Source: the human T2T-CHM13v2.0 reference genome, Homo sapiens. Taken from it: a DNA stretch of 64,000 nucleotides. Each line of letters opens with the position of its first letter. The first letter of the stretch is position 1. Shown piece by piece: positions 43,418 to 59,663 of this stretch. The DNA lies in contig CP068257.2 in assembly GCA_009914755.4 (NCBI GenBank), forward strand, positions 42,688,001 to 42,752,000, read 5' to 3'. The notes under the pieces are model-generated. The model searched no databases. It worked only from the letters and a program-made list of their open reading frames with translations, and was not told the DNA's origin. Both the position numbers and the translations under genes were made by a program.

Positions 43418-43527
43418 TCTGTCCCCTCACTCGGCTCCATGCTTTGTTCAGGTGTGGCCCTCACTCGGCTCCGTGCTTTGTTTAGGTGTGGCCCTCACTC
43501 GGCTGTGTGCTTTTTCTAGGTGTGGCC
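43418..43527. repeat. TRPM2: 34-bp tandem repeat, 3 copies ((C)CTCACTCGGCTCCGTGCTTTGTTTAG|GTGTGGCC). The final copy forms the acceptor and first 8 nt of TRPM2 exon 7.
   Basis: Three tandem polypyrimidine-AG|GTGTGGCC copies end at 43451, 43485 and 43519. Confidence 0.85.
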
Positions 43528-43581
43528 ATCAAGATCCCCATCGTGTGCGTGGTGCTGGAGGGCGGCCCGGGCACGTTGCAC
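43520..43581 (+). CDS. TRPM2: TRPM2 coding exon 7 (62 nt). Encodes (G)VAIKIPIVCVVLEGGPGTLH.
   Basis: Acceptor tgctttttctag|GTGTGGCC, donor TTGCAC|gtgagtatg. Anchored to ORF 43486..43692. The acceptor is the last of three tandem copies of a 34-bp unit. Confidence 0.9.
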
Positions 43582-44804
43582 GTGAGTATGGCCAGGTGGG
43601 AGGGGGCATGTGTGGGCCCGTCCTGCTGCAGGCAGATGACTGTCCAAAAGTGCTTGTCTCAGAACTCAAGACTGTTGGCAAGAGGGCGATGAGCTTTCCC
43701 ACCAGAAGAAGAGAAAGAGCATCTACGCTGTGTCGGGGCTGCTTCTGGGTGGGTGGAGGACGGGTCGGAGGAAGGTGCCTGGAGGAGGAGGCTGGGCTTG
43801 GCTATGACTGGGCCATTGACCGGCGTGGAAGGAAAGGGTGGGGCCCCAGGGCCTGGAGTGAGTGGGGAGCCTCTGCTCCCAGGACCTGCTGGGGAGGCTG
43901 GGGGGTTTCTACAACTCTGCCCCCAAGATTCCTCCAGGAAGCATTTTTCAAAGTACAGGGCTGTGGCCCCCATCCCAGATCCGTGGTGCCAGCAGCTGTG
44001 TGACTGCAGATTTGGCAGGCAGCTTGAATGCGCTGCTCTGCCGGCCTTCCTTCCCGACCCTAACCCTAACTGCTTTGTGGCGTGCAGGGTGCGAGGTGAC
44101 CTCACCTGCTGTAGGAATGTACGAGGACATATAGCCTGAGGATCTGGAGCAAGAGTATGGGCTTTTGTGAAGGATGGGATCACAGGCAATGTCCCGTTTA
44201 TGTTTCATGATTGCAGGAGGTCAAAACAGAGCCTTGGGGGCTTGAGGCTGGATGGGAATCCATAGAGCACTGGGTCCTCACTCCCTATGCGTGCCGAGTA
44301 CCCTTCACGGCTCTTCTGCTGGGGCGGCTGCACCCGCCTCCTTACCCCAGGCCGATGCTCATGCACACGGCAGAGTCCTTCCTGCCAGACAGCTTTGTGT
44401 CCAGTCCCTTCCCGAAGTCCAGCACACCCTGGAGCCCAGGTGCCCTCCTCATGGCTCTGCTCTTACTGTGGGCTTTTATGAGGTCGGTAACTCCAGGTCC
44501 ATGCAGCGTCCCCTTTGCTGCGAGGCCCTCACGTCTGCAGGTCCATGGGCAAAAATGCTGGGAGTCTTTGATTCTGCTGGAGCTGAGGCCTGAGAGGTGC
44601 CAGGTGTGCAGCCCCCAGTGTGTTGGGGCAGCTCCCTCTTCCCCCAGAGCAGGGGACGCCACGAAACTAATAAGTGCTTTCAGTGGATCTCGGAGTAGTG
44701 TTAGCCAGCTCTGCCCTTAGCTGGCCTTGGAGAATTCTCCATTTCAGAAAGCATCGGAGCGGTGAGGACCCAGTCCCGGGCTCACACCCCCACCTGCCTT
44801 GCAG

Positions 44805-45005
44805 ACCATCGACAACGCCACCACCAACGGCACCCCCTGTGTGGTTGTGGAGGGCTCGGGCCGCGTGGCCGACGTCATTGCCCAGGTGGCCAACCTGCCT
44901 GTCTCGGACATCACTATCTCCCTGATCCAGCAGAAACTGAGCGTGTTCTTCCAGGAGATGTTTGAGACCTTCACGGAAAGCAGGATTGTCGAGTGGACCA
45001 AAAAG
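44805..45005 (+). CDS. TRPM2: TRPM2 coding exon 8 (201 nt). Encodes TIDNATTNGTPCVVVEGSGRVADVIAQVANLPVSDITISLIQQKLSVFFQEMFETFTESRIVEWTKK.
   Basis: Acceptor cacctgccttgcag|ACCATC, donor AAAAAG|gtgaggctg. Frame anchored to ORF 44799..45119. Confidence 0.9.
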
Positions 45006-47164
45006 GTGAGGCTGACGGGCACGACGGTCACCAGCATGTGGCTGCTTTGCAGAGACACTGTCAGCCTGGTGGGCAGGACCAGGACTCACGGACCGATGCG
45101 GAGAACCCACTGGGTCTGAGTGGGTGCCAGAGCGATTTGCAGAGGGCAGGGCCCAGGTGGTAAACCTCCTGGCTGGGTTCCGGAGGTCAGATCCCAAGAC
45201 AGCACGTGAAAGGAGGGTGTGAACCTCACCCGCAGCACACCAGGGCGGGCTGGGAACGCTGCGGGGCTCAGTGGTGCTGTGAAAAGGGTCTGCTGGATTG
45301 GAGGGGTGGGAGGCAGGCGCTGGGGAGGCCTCAGCCGAGTCGGGCAGCAGGGCAGCTGCTGAGCAATGGCTGTGGGTCGCAGGGTCCAGTCCAGATTGTA
45401 GCCTCATAGGTGAGTTAATGGAGGCATGTAGAGTGGCCTCAGGAGGGGCCATTGCCCCAGTCCAGGGGTAGATTTTGGGTGGCCCCTGCCATGACCCCAG
45501 CCTCCAGAGGGGGTCCGTTGTGAAGGGCCGTGGTTGGCCAGCCCTGGCCACCCCACCAAGCCCTTGACCAGGGGGGTGGGCTCCAGTGGAGAGCCTCTCC
45601 CCTCCCTGTGCCTGCTGCTTCCAGGGTGACCTGACTCAATTCCTGGCAGGATTCTTTGCAGGGGCTGGCACTGGGGCCTTTTCATCCTCAGTTTCCCAGC
45701 AAGCCAGGGCCGGCAGAGCCCTCTGTCTGTGTCTTTCCTGCAGACCCGGGACATCTCCAGGTTCTGAGTGGCTGACATGCGCTTTCCACTGTGTTGAATT
45801 TGGGTTCTGTGGGCAGTGGTGACCCCCAGCTGCAGGCCGCAGGGACACACCTATTTGGCCAGATTGGGCCTGTGGAGAGTGGATTAAAAATGAGCACCCT
45901 CAGGAACCACGGGTGTCGGAAGGGCTGGGTGGAGGTCTTGGCCCCGTTGGCCGATTCAGAAGCAGAGTTTCTCTGACTGGTGATTTGTGGGTGGCACAGT
46001 GACCTTGTTTCCTTCTGTGCTTTGCGATGGTCTCAGAGTGACCTCGTTCTGCACAGATGTCTTCTGAGAGCGTTTTTGTCCGGCAGGAGAATAACATGAT
46101 GTAGCTGCAAGCGTCAGATCAGTTTGTGAAAACATCGTGGTCCGGCTGTGAGCGGCCGCTCAGCTCCCCATGTCAGGGCGGCTTTCCTTCCTTCCCGGTG
46201 CCATTGGGACTTGTCGGGCGGGCCCTGGAGCCCTCTCTCTGCTGGTTGATAAATTATTCAGGCAATTCTCAGAACTGAGTTTAATCTGCTGTTGTTGAAA
46301 GGTGCCTATTTTTAATGCACTCTCCATAGCCAAGCCAAGGCCCTGAAAGTGGTGCTTTCACACACAGCCGTCAGGCCTCAGCAGGGGCTCGGCATTCGCT
46401 GATGCTCCTGCTCAGTGGGGAGGGGCCCAGCCATGCAGCCAGGGTCAGTGCGCTCCTTTAACACGCCTTCTCAGAGTGTCCGTCTACACTGTGGAGGAGT
46501 TGCAGAGCTACCCTCGGGTGCTGCTGCTGGTGGGCGGCCCCGTCAGAGGGGCCCGGGGACCTCCCTGCAGGGGCTCACAGCTGTGGCCAGGAAGAAGTTG
46601 CCCACCCTCGCTCAGCCTTGCCTTTCTCATCTGTTAAGTAGGGGTACTGAGTGCTCGACTCAGACGAGGAAACGAGGCCCTGGCGTCCATATGGGCTCAG
46701 ACGCTGGGAGCTGCTTCACCCTATGAGGACAGGGCGGGCTGAAGTCCAGGAGACTTTTATGGGCTCAGACGCTGGGAGCTGCTTTACGGTATGAGGATGG
46801 GGGTGCTGAAAGCCAGGAGACCTTTGGCTGCTGGATGAGGGTGGAGTTCGCCAGGGAGCTCAGGATGTGTTTTGGAGTTGTCATGAAAGCTGGACCCCGA
46901 GGGATGGGGCACCGTTGGGGTCTTAGGCATGGAGGTGGAGTGTGAGGAGCCCTCCAGGTGAGGGCAGAGTCTATGTGGAGGCAATGGGGCCAGGCTGCGG
47001 ACGAGGAGAGAAGCAGGGGAGGCCAGGTGTGGCTGGCCTGGGGAGCCAGAGGGAGAAGGCTGAGGCTTACTTTGGGAGCAGTGGGAGCCATGGGAAGATG
47101 CGTTTGTGGAGTTGCTCGCCCTGGACACAGGGGGAAGGTGCTTCAAGGAGGAGTAACTGTAGTA

Positions 47165-48195
<1,031 letters not shown>

Positions 48196-48508
48196 AGGAG
48201 TGGCCTGGGCTTAGCAGGAGGGCTAGGAGGAGCAGCCTCGCATGAAGCTGCACTATCGTCAGGGTGAAGATCCGTTGCCCTTGGATTGTGTTTTCCACCC
48301 AACAGACTCTCACGAACATGATGTATTTGGTCCCCATGGATCTTCATCTGCACCATCTAGGGCAAGAGGAGATGTGGTGGTGTCCTGGCCACAAGCGCAG
48401 GCAGGACCCAAGGCTCTGGCTGTGTCCGGGGCCTCAATTCTATGTGTCCTGGAGGAGGCAGGGGTTCAGGAGTCACTGTGTGTCTCACTTAGAAAATGCT
48501 TGTTGCAG

Positions 48509-48611
48509 ATCCAAGATATCGTCCGGAGGCGGCAGCTGCTGACTGTCTTCCGGGAAGGCAAGGATGGTCAGCAGGACGTGGATGTGGCCATCTTGCAGGC
48601 CTTGCTGAAAG
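48509..48611 (+). CDS. TRPM2: TRPM2 coding exon 9 (103 nt). Encodes IQDIVRRRQLLTVFREGKDGQQDVDVAILQALLK(A).
   Basis: Acceptor tgcttgttgcag|ATCCAA, donor CTGAAAG|gtgagggtc. Anchored to ORF 48242..48682. It ends in phase 1, and the Ala codon is completed by the next exon. Confidence 0.9.
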
Positions 48612-51600
48612 GTGAGGGTCAGGGAACATGGGGGCAATGGGGTGGAGGCCAGAACGTGAGCTCTGAGGACGCCAAGTTCTAGTCTTGAAGTGCCATGATT
48701 CTGGGAACCAGAATATTCCTCCTTGGTCAGAAACCCTGGCCAGAGGGCAGCTGGCGACGTGCAGGTGGGCGCCTGCCTGTCACCTGATGTTAGAGGTATG
48801 AGCTCCTTTATTTGTAACTGGAATCCGAGTGCAGCCTGTGTCATTTTTACCTTTGTAGTGGTCATAATTTCTCATAAAACTTCAGGGTGGAAAGAAAGAG
48901 TGCAGAAGTTGCCTCTCTCAACTTCCTGCTTGCTGGCTGCTTTAGCTCCTCTACCTCTGATGCAGGAAAGAGTGTAGAGGTAGAGCAGGGCCTCAGGAAT
49001 GGTGCGATGGACTTGAGCTGTAGTGGCTCTCTGTGTAACTTCTGTTGCTTAGCCTGGCCCATTCTCCAGGCCACAAACATCACTGTCCTCTTCTCATGCC
49101 ACAGGAGAGAAGGCTTATGCCTCTTTGTCTTACCCAGCTGGCACCTGACACTGGGAAGCCTTGGTCTTATATGTGCTCCTCCCGCCCGATGCTGGGCTTC
49201 TCACCCTCCAGGGTCGGAGGCCCCAGGCTGATTCTGAAGGGCTCAGCAGAGTGGGCCCAGGCTGGGATCAGCAGGGAACTTTTGTGATAAAGGCCAGACT
49301 TTCATCTTGTTTCTGTGTTGATTTGAGACTCCCCTTATCAAGGACTTGATGTTGTGCATAAAACCTCACACAAACAGCGAGATGATAGACTACATATTAG
49401 ACCACAAATTAAGCCTTAATTTATCTCTCAATAGATTTAAGATAGATATTATACAAATTATCTTCTCTGACAACAAGATGAAGTTAGGAATTAATAATGG
49501 ATGTAAAAGTGGAAAATTCCCAAAGTTGTGGAAACTAAACGACACTACCTTACACAGCCAATGGATGAAAGAAGAAATCAAAAAGGAAATCAAGAAACCA
49601 ATGAAAACAAAAGCACAATATATCAAAGCTTATGGGACATAGCAAAAACAATGCTAATGGAGAAGTTTATAGCTATAAATGCTTACATTAAAAAATAAGA
49701 TCTTAAACCAACAACCTAACTTTACAACTTAAGTAATTAGAAAAATAAGAACAAATGAAATCCAAAAGTAGCAGAATGAAGGAAATAGTACAGATTAGAG
49801 CAGAGATCAATGACATAAAGAATAGAAAATTGCAGAGAAAATCAATAAAGTGAAAAATTGGTTATTTGAAAAGATCAACAAAATTGACACACATTTAGCT
49901 AACTGGACTAAGAAAAAAGAAAGAAGATTCATATTACTAAAATTAGAAATGAAAGTAGGGACATTACTCCTGACTCTACAGAAGTAAAAGGATTCTGTGA
50001 ATAATTGTATGCCAACATGTTGGATAACCTAGATGTGTTAGTCTGTTTTATGTGACTAAAACAGAATACCACAGACTAAGTACTTTATAAACTACCTAGT
50101 ACTTTATAAATCAATCACTGACCATCCTTGCCTTCCCAGAGGATGGTCAGCATCTGGCAAAATTGAGGGGCCAGCATCTGGCAAGGGCCTGCCTCATGTC
50201 ATTCCAGAATGGCAGCACATACATGCCCTTCCACTGGAAGGCAGAAGGGTAAGGGAGCACACAGATGCATGAAAGAGAGTAAGAAAGCAAGAGGGAGCTA
50301 AACTTGCTTTTTATAACAAGCCCACTCTTGAAATAACTAACCCACTCCCAAAATAAGACATTAATCCATTCATGAAGGCTTTGCCCTGTAATGGATCACC
50401 TCTATTAGGCCCCACCTCCCAACATTATTATACTGGGGATTACATTTACAACACATGAACTTTGGGGAAAACATTCAAGCCATAGCACTAGATGAAATGA
50501 ACATATTTCTAGAAGCACAAAACCTACCAAGACTAAATCATAAAAAAATCAAAACTCTGAATAGACCTATAAGTAGTAAGGAGACTGAATCAGTAATAAA
50601 AAATCTCCCCATAAAAGTTTTAGGGCTGATAGCTTCACTGGTGAATTCTACCAAATGTTTAAAGAACTAACACCAATCCTTCTCAAACTTTCCCCAACAA
50701 TTCAAGAAGGAAGGCTTCCTAATTCATTCTGTGAGGCCAGCATTATTCTGATACCAAAGACAGACACTACAAGAAAAGAAAACTACAGACCAATATCCAT
50801 TATGAACATTGATACGAAATTCTTCAACAAAATATTAGCATACAAAATTCAGTAGCATTAACAGGATTATACACTATGACTACATGAGATTTATTCCTGG
50901 AATGCAAGGATGGTTCAACATATGAAAATTAATCAATACACCACATTAACAGAATGATGGGGAAAAAACATGATTATCTCAACTGATACATTTGACAAAA
51001 TTTGACACCCTTTCATGGTAAAAACATTCAACAAATTAGGAATAAAAGGAAACTACCTTGATGTAATAAAAGCCATATATGAAAAACTCCCAGCGAATAT
51101 CATGTTCAATGGTGAAAGACTGGGACATAGCAAAAACAGTGCTAATGGAGAAATTTATAGCTATACATGCTTACATTAAAAAATAAGATCTTAAACCAAC
51201 AACCTAACTTTACAGCTTAAGTAATTAGAAAAATAAGAACAAATGAAATCTTTTCCTCCAAGATAGAAATAAGGGAAGGATGCATACTTTCACCACTTCT
51301 ATTCAACATTGCGTTGGAAGTTCAAGCCAGAGCAATTAGACAAGAAAAAGAAATAAAACTTATAAATTGGGAAGGAAGAAGTAGAATTATTTGTTCACAG
51401 ATGATATGATTTTCGTATTTGTCCATTTTCACACTGCTATAAAGAAATGCCCAAGACTGGGTAATTTATAAAGGAAAGAGGTTAAATTGACTCACAGTTC
51501 AGCATGCCTTGGAAGGCCTCAGGAAACTTACAATCATGGTGGAAGATGAAGGGGAAGAAAGGCACTGTCTTCACAAGGTGACAGGAAGAAGAGGTGCCAA

Positions 51601-51896
51601 ATGAAGAAGGAAGAGCCCCTTCTAAAACCATCAGATCTCATGAGAACTTACTACCATGAGAACAGCATAGGGGAAACTGTCCCCACAATCCAACTACCTC
51701 CACCTGGTCTCTCCCTTGACACATGGGGATCATAGGGATTATAATTCAAGATGAGATTTGGGTGGGGACACAAAGCCTAACCATATCAATTTTCTATGCA
51801 GAAAACTAAAGATTCTACAACATACCCCTGAACTAAGAAATGAATTCAGCAAAGTAGCAGGACACAAAATCAATACACAAAAATCTGCCACATTTG

Positions 51897-52315
<419 letters not shown>

Positions 52316-52562
52316 TTAATTAAACCAAGGGGGTGAAAGACTTGTACAATGAAAACTGTAAAACATTGCTGAAAGAAATGAAAGAAGACATAAATAAATG
52401 GAAAGACATCCCATGTTCATGAATTGGAAGCCTTAATATTGTTAAGATGTCAGTACTACTCAAAGCAATCTACAGATCCAATGCAATTCCTATCAAAACC
52501 CCAGTGATTTTTTTTTTTTTGCAGAAATAGAAAAGCCCATCCTAAAATTCATGTGGAGTCTA

Positions 52563-52983
<421 letters not shown>

Positions 52984-54338
52984 TCCCAAAAAGATATGGA
53001 GACCAATGGAATAGAATAGTGAGCCCAAAAATAAACCCTCGCATATATGGTCAAATGATATTTGACAGGAATGCAAAAATCATTCAGTGAGGAGAGGGAC
53101 AGTCTTTTCAACAAATGATGCTGGATAAACTGGATATCCACATGCCAAAGAATCAAGTTAGACCCTTACCTAACACCATATACAAAAACTAACTCAAAGT
53201 AGATCAAGGACTTCTGAATATAAGACCTAAACTCTTAGAAGAAAGCACAGGGCAAAAACTTCATGACAAAGGATTTGGCAGTGATTTCTTGGCCATGACA
53301 CCTAAGGCACAGGAAACAAAAGAAAAAATAGATAAATTGGACTTTATGAAAATTAAATAATTTTGTGCATCAAAAGATATTATCAACAGAGTAAAAAGGC
53401 AACCCATGGAATGGGAGAAAATATTTGCAAATCATACATATGGTAAGGGATTGGTATCCAGAATATATAGAGAACTCCTATAACTCAACAATAAAAAAAA
53501 AACACAATTCAAAAATGGGCAAAGGACTTAAATAGACATTTCTTTAAAGAAGTCGTACAAATGGCCAATAAGCACGTGAAAAGATGCTCAGCATCACTAA
53601 TCATTAGAGAAATGCAGATCAAAACTAAGAGATATCATTTCAAACACATTAGGATAGCTACTATAGAAAAGAACAGAAAATCACAAATGTTGGCCAGTGT
53701 GTGGAGAAACTGGAGCCCTTGTGCACTGCTGGTGGATATGTAACATGGTGCAGCTGCCGTGGAAAACAGGATGACAGTTCCTTAAATATTTAAAAATACA
53801 ATTCCTATATGATCCAGCTATTCCACTCCTCAGATACATATGCCACTCCCCACCCCCAAATTTAAAGCAGGGTCTGGAAGAGATATGTGTATACTCATGT
53901 TCATAGCTGCATTATCCACAATAGCTAAAAAGTGGAAGCAGCCCAAGTGTCCATTGACAGAAGAATAGATAAGCAAAATGTGGTCTATACCTACAATGGA
54001 ATATTACTGAGCTTTAAAAAGGAAGGAAATTCTGACACATGCTGCAACATGGTTGAACCCTTAAGACATTATGTTAAGTGAAATAAGCCAGTCACAAAAG
54101 GACAAATACTATATGATTCCAGTTACAAGAGGTCCCTGGAGTAGTCAAATTCATGGAGACAGAAAGTAGAATGGTGGGTGCCAGGATCTGGGGGAGAGGT
54201 GAATGAGGAGTTAATGTTTAATGGGGATAGAGTTTTAGTTTCCAAGATAAAAAGATATATGGAGAAGGACAGTGATGATGGCTGCACAACATTATGAATA
54301 TACTTAAGACCAGTGAACTGTACGCTTAAAAATATTTG

Positions 54339-54648
54339 GCTGGGTGAGCTGGCTCATGCCTATAATCGCAGCACTTTGGGAGGCTGAGGTGGGAGGATCA
54401 CTTGAGCCCAGCCTAGGCAACATGGAGAACCCTGTCACTACAAAAAAAAAAAAAAAAAAAAAAAACTAGTCAGGCATGGTAGCACACACCTGTACTCTTA
54501 GTTACTCAAGAGGCTGAGGTGGGAGGATTGCTTGAGCCCAGGACGTTGAGGCTGCAATAAGCCTTATGATTATAAATATGATCACAGCACTGTGCTCCAG
54601 CCTGGGTGACAGAGGAAGACCCTGTCTCAAAAACAAAAACAAAAACAA
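54339..54648 (+). mobile_element. Alu SINE nested in L1
   Basis: Canonical Alu with a long A-run in the middle and an (AAAAC)n tail. Confidence 0.9.
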
Positions 54649-55555
54649 CCCAAAAAGTTAAGATGGTAAATTTTATGCTACACGTATTTTACCACAGTTT
54701 AAAAACATAATGAATTTTAAAATATCAACTTTATGAAGGTTCAGCTTAGAGACAATAAGCTCCCTCAATTCTAAATGTACTGTATAACAAGCACAGACAC
54801 CGTGACCCACCACAGTCTCCATACAGGACATCTCCCCTATCCTGAATATTCCCTCATGGCCCTTTGTAGTTAAGCCTCCCTCCAGACTGGCTCTGGAAAT
54901 CATCTGTCTGCTTTCTGTCACTCTAGATTAGTTTTGCCCATTTTAGAACTTCACGTGAATGAAATCATACATGATGCATTCTTTCATGTCTTGTTTCTTT
55001 TGCTCAGTGCATTGTTTTTGAGATTCATCCATGTTGTTGCATGTGTCAGAACTTTGTTCTTTTTTGTCTGTGAAGGAGTGTCCTGTTGTGTGAATACACC
55101 ACAGGTTGTTTTTCCATTCATCTGTTGGGGTGCATTTAGGTTGTTTCCAGTTTGGGGCTATTATGAATAAAGCTGCTATTTGTCTTCATTTCTCCTGGGT
55201 CAATATCTAGGAGTGGAATTACTGGCCTTTATGGTAAGTGTATGTTTTACTTTGTAAAAAACTGACAAACTTTTCTGAAAATATTGCATTCTTTTTCCTG
55301 TGTGCTGGCAGTGGATGAGCGTTACCCTACATCCTTGTCCACACTTGGTGTTGTCAGTCTTTTAAACTGTAGCCATCCTAGTGGATGTGAAGTGACATCT
55401 CATTGTGGTTTGAATTTACATTTTCCTGAGGACTACTGATGTGGAGCATCATTTTAAGGACTTTTTGGCCATTTGCCTGTCTTCCTTCTGAAATGTCTTT
55501 CAGATCTCTTGTCCATTTTTATTTGATTGTTTGTCTTCCAGTTTTCGATTTGTAA

Positions 55556-55962
<407 letters not shown>

Positions 55963-56696
55963 CAATTTAATCAATTTTTCTTTATGGTTCATGTTCTTTG
56001 TGTCATAGCTAAGAGATCTCTGCCCATCCCAAGGTTGCAGATATTTTCTTCTGTTTTCTGACGGCAGTTTTGTAGACATAGCCTTTATGTTTGGGCCTAA
56101 GAACCGCTCCATGTTGATTCTTGTGTATGGTGTGAGGTAAGGGTCAAAGTTCTTTTTTCTTTTTCCCCAAATAACAACCCATGTTTTAAAAAGTTAAACC
56201 AGAAAGGGAACACAGAAACTACTTGAGCAAAATAACTTGTCCTGAGAACCAGTGAGGTGGTTGTTACTGTTGAACATTTACAGGCAGTTGAGGCAGGAAA
56301 GGAAATGTGATGGCTTCTGAGTCCTGAGTTTTGGATGTTAGTGTAAGATGCCTGCCCTCCAGAGACCTATGTCTTCTTAAAACAGTGAGGCCCTTTTCTT
56401 GCTTACTGCCCACCTGTCGCTTAGGGGCCAGGGCATGGCCAGGAGGAGGGCAGGGGAAACAGGAGTGAGTGGACGTGATGACCAAAGCCCCAAGATTCAC
56501 TGATTCTGACTCCGAAATGGAACATGCTTTTGCAAGGCTGTGTGTATGGGAGGAGGTCACTGGGTGCTGCGCCTGTCACTTTGAATTGTTGAGAGGCAAG
56601 GGCTCATGACACATCCCTGACTCTGACATCATTTCCCTGGAGGGAAATGGCTTTGAGCTCCAGATCGAGGCCCAATATGCACCTGTTCATCTGCAG

Positions 56697-56818
56697 CCTC
56701 ACGGAGCCAAGACCACTTTGGCCACGAGAACTGGGACCACCAGCTGAAACTGGCAGTGGCATGGAATCGCGTGGACATTGCCCGCAGTGAGATCTTCATG
56801 GATGAGTGGCAGTGGAAG
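56697..56818 (+). CDS. TRPM2: TRPM2 coding exon 10 (122 nt). Encodes (A)SRSQDHFGHENWDHQLKLAVAWNRVDIARSEIFMDEWQWK.
   Basis: Acceptor gttcatctgcag|CCTCACGG, donor TGGAAG|gtaagtctt. Anchored to the TGA at 56803 of ORF 56806..57003. Confidence 0.9.
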
Positions 56819-57064
56819 GTAAGTCTTCCAGAGCACCCCGTGGAGGGGCCTACTGGGCCCACATGCATTGCACCACTGAAGCAAGGGCAGGCAAAGTTCG
56901 CATTGTCTGGATCCCAGCCCTTCCCTTGAGGGTGGGTGACCTGGGCAGCTTTCATCCTCCCCAGGTTGGGGACAACAGCAGCCCCCATCTCCAGGGTCTT
57001 TGAGATCAGGATGACATGGGGTGATGACCAAATGCAACCGTCACTGCACAATGCTTGCTCTCAG

Positions 57065-57418
57065 CCTTCAGATCTGCACCCCACGATGACAGCTGCACTC
57101 ATCTCCAACAAGCCTGAGTTTGTGAAGCTCTTCCTGGAGAACGGGGTGCAGCTGAAGGAGTTTGTCACCTGGGACACCTTGCTCTACCTGTACGAGAACC
57201 TGGACCCCTCCTGCCTGTTCCACAGCAAGCTGCAGAAGGTGCTGGTGGAGGAGCCCGAGCGCCCGGCTTGCGCGCCCGCGGCGCCCCGCCTGCAGATGCA
57301 CCACGTGGCCCAGGTGCTGCGGGAGCTGCTGGGGGACTTCACGCAGCCGCTTTATCCCCGGCCCCGGCACAACGACCGGCTGCGGCTCCTGCTGCCCGTT
57401 CCCCACGTCAAGCTCAAC
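57065..57418 (+). CDS. TRPM2: TRPM2 coding exon 11 (354 nt). Encodes PSDLHPTMTAALISNKPEFVKLFLENGVQLKEFVTWDTLLYLYENLDPSCLFHSKLQKVLVEEPERPACAPAAPRLQMHHVAQVLRELLGDFTQPLYPRPRHNDRLRLLLPVPHVKLN.
   Basis: Acceptor ttgctctcag|CCTTCAGAT, donor CTCAAC|gtgcgtgct. Anchored to ORF 56936..57496. It contains the very GC-rich segment 57236-57295 (KVLVEEPERPACAPAAPRLQ). Confidence 0.9.
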
Positions 57419-57560
57419 GTGCGTGCTGGTAACGGGGCCCATCCTGGACTCGTCTTCGCGGGCTACTGCTATGTTCTTAGAGCTCTCTGTTTTTAAAATT
57501 AGCTTTTATTTTTATTAGAAAAGACACATGCTCTATCTTAGGCTGCTTGGGCTGCTGTAA

Positions 57561-58358
<798 letters not shown>

Positions 58359-58729
58359 TCACCCCTCTTTTTATAAAGAGAACACACCTATCCACTTAGG
58401 AACCCACAATGTGGCCTCGTTTAACCTTAATTACCTTCTTAAAGGCCCTATCTCCAAATGCTATAGTCACACTGGGGGTTAGGGCTTCAACATATGAATT
58501 TTAGGGGGGACAGAGTTGCGTCCATAACATACCCTTTCTAAAAGTTCCAAACAGTACAAAAGGTTCTGCAGGGAGCGTGATCCCCCTGCCCTGAGCCCCA
58601 CTGCTGCCCACTATGTATGCTGGTTTTTTCCGACAGTCAGGTCAGTAACATTCCACCGTATTTTTGTGAGATGCCCAGGGTGCACTGCAGCTGTGGGAGA
58701 GTGGATGCTGTAGTCTGCACCCTGTGATT

Positions 58730-58985
58730 CAATGGGAGCCCTGCTCTAGTCTCACCTTTATTTAATGGTGAGACTGCCCCAGTCTCCAACCTTATTCAAG
58801 GGAACCCTGCTCTAATCTCCACCCTTATCCAATGGGAACCCTGCTCTAATCTCCACCCTTATTCAATAGGAACCCTGCCCTAGTCTCCACCCTGATTCAG
58901 TGGGAACCCTGCCGTAATCTCCACCCTGATTCAATGAGAATCCTGCCCTAGTCTGTTTACCCTTTTTCAGTGGGAACCTTGCAGT
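58730..58985. repeat. 41-bp tandem repeat, about 6 copies (CCACCCTTATTCAATGGGAACCCTGCTCTAATCT)
   Basis: Direct reading. Confidence 0.85.
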
Positions 58986-59663
58986 GACTCAATGTCAGGA
59001 ATGATGCTGGATTTTGTATTTGTATTTCCTCTTGGGAGTATTTATCTCTGATTCATTAAGGTTTTACAAAGCAAAGCATCAGATGCCTTTGAGAAGATTG
59101 AGCTCCTTTTCTTCTTTGACCTATGAATTTGGTGAATTATTTTAATAGATTTTCTGATAGTGAAACATGTTTTTATCCCTGTTTTGAATTTCAGCTTGGC
59201 CTCAGTGCAAGTTTAATATACTGGATTCTCTTGGCAACATTTTCAGGATGTTTGCATCAGAATGCTTAAGGCTTTGATTGCAGTTTTATTTGGGGGGCTA
59301 TATTTGTCAGGCTCTGATATCAATTTTATGTTAGTTTTGTAAAAACCATTTGGGAAGCTTTCTTTCCTTCTCCGCTCCAGGACAGTTTATGTAGCTGGAG
59401 TTAACTACTTCTTATAAGCTTGGTCGACTCCCCTGTGAGTCCATCTGGACCCAGTGCCTTTTTTTTTTAATTGGTAATAGTTCTAGTAACTTTCTCAGTT
59501 TCTTTTCTGATTATTTTTCTGTTTAGGTTCTCTATCTCTTCTAAGATCACATTTTTTTTTTTTTCCTGCTAGAAAATTGTCTGTTTCCTCCAGGTTTTCC
59601 AATCGATCCATTGTTCCAGGTGAGCTCTGTCTGACTCTTGAGAAAGACATGGGTATGACTTGG

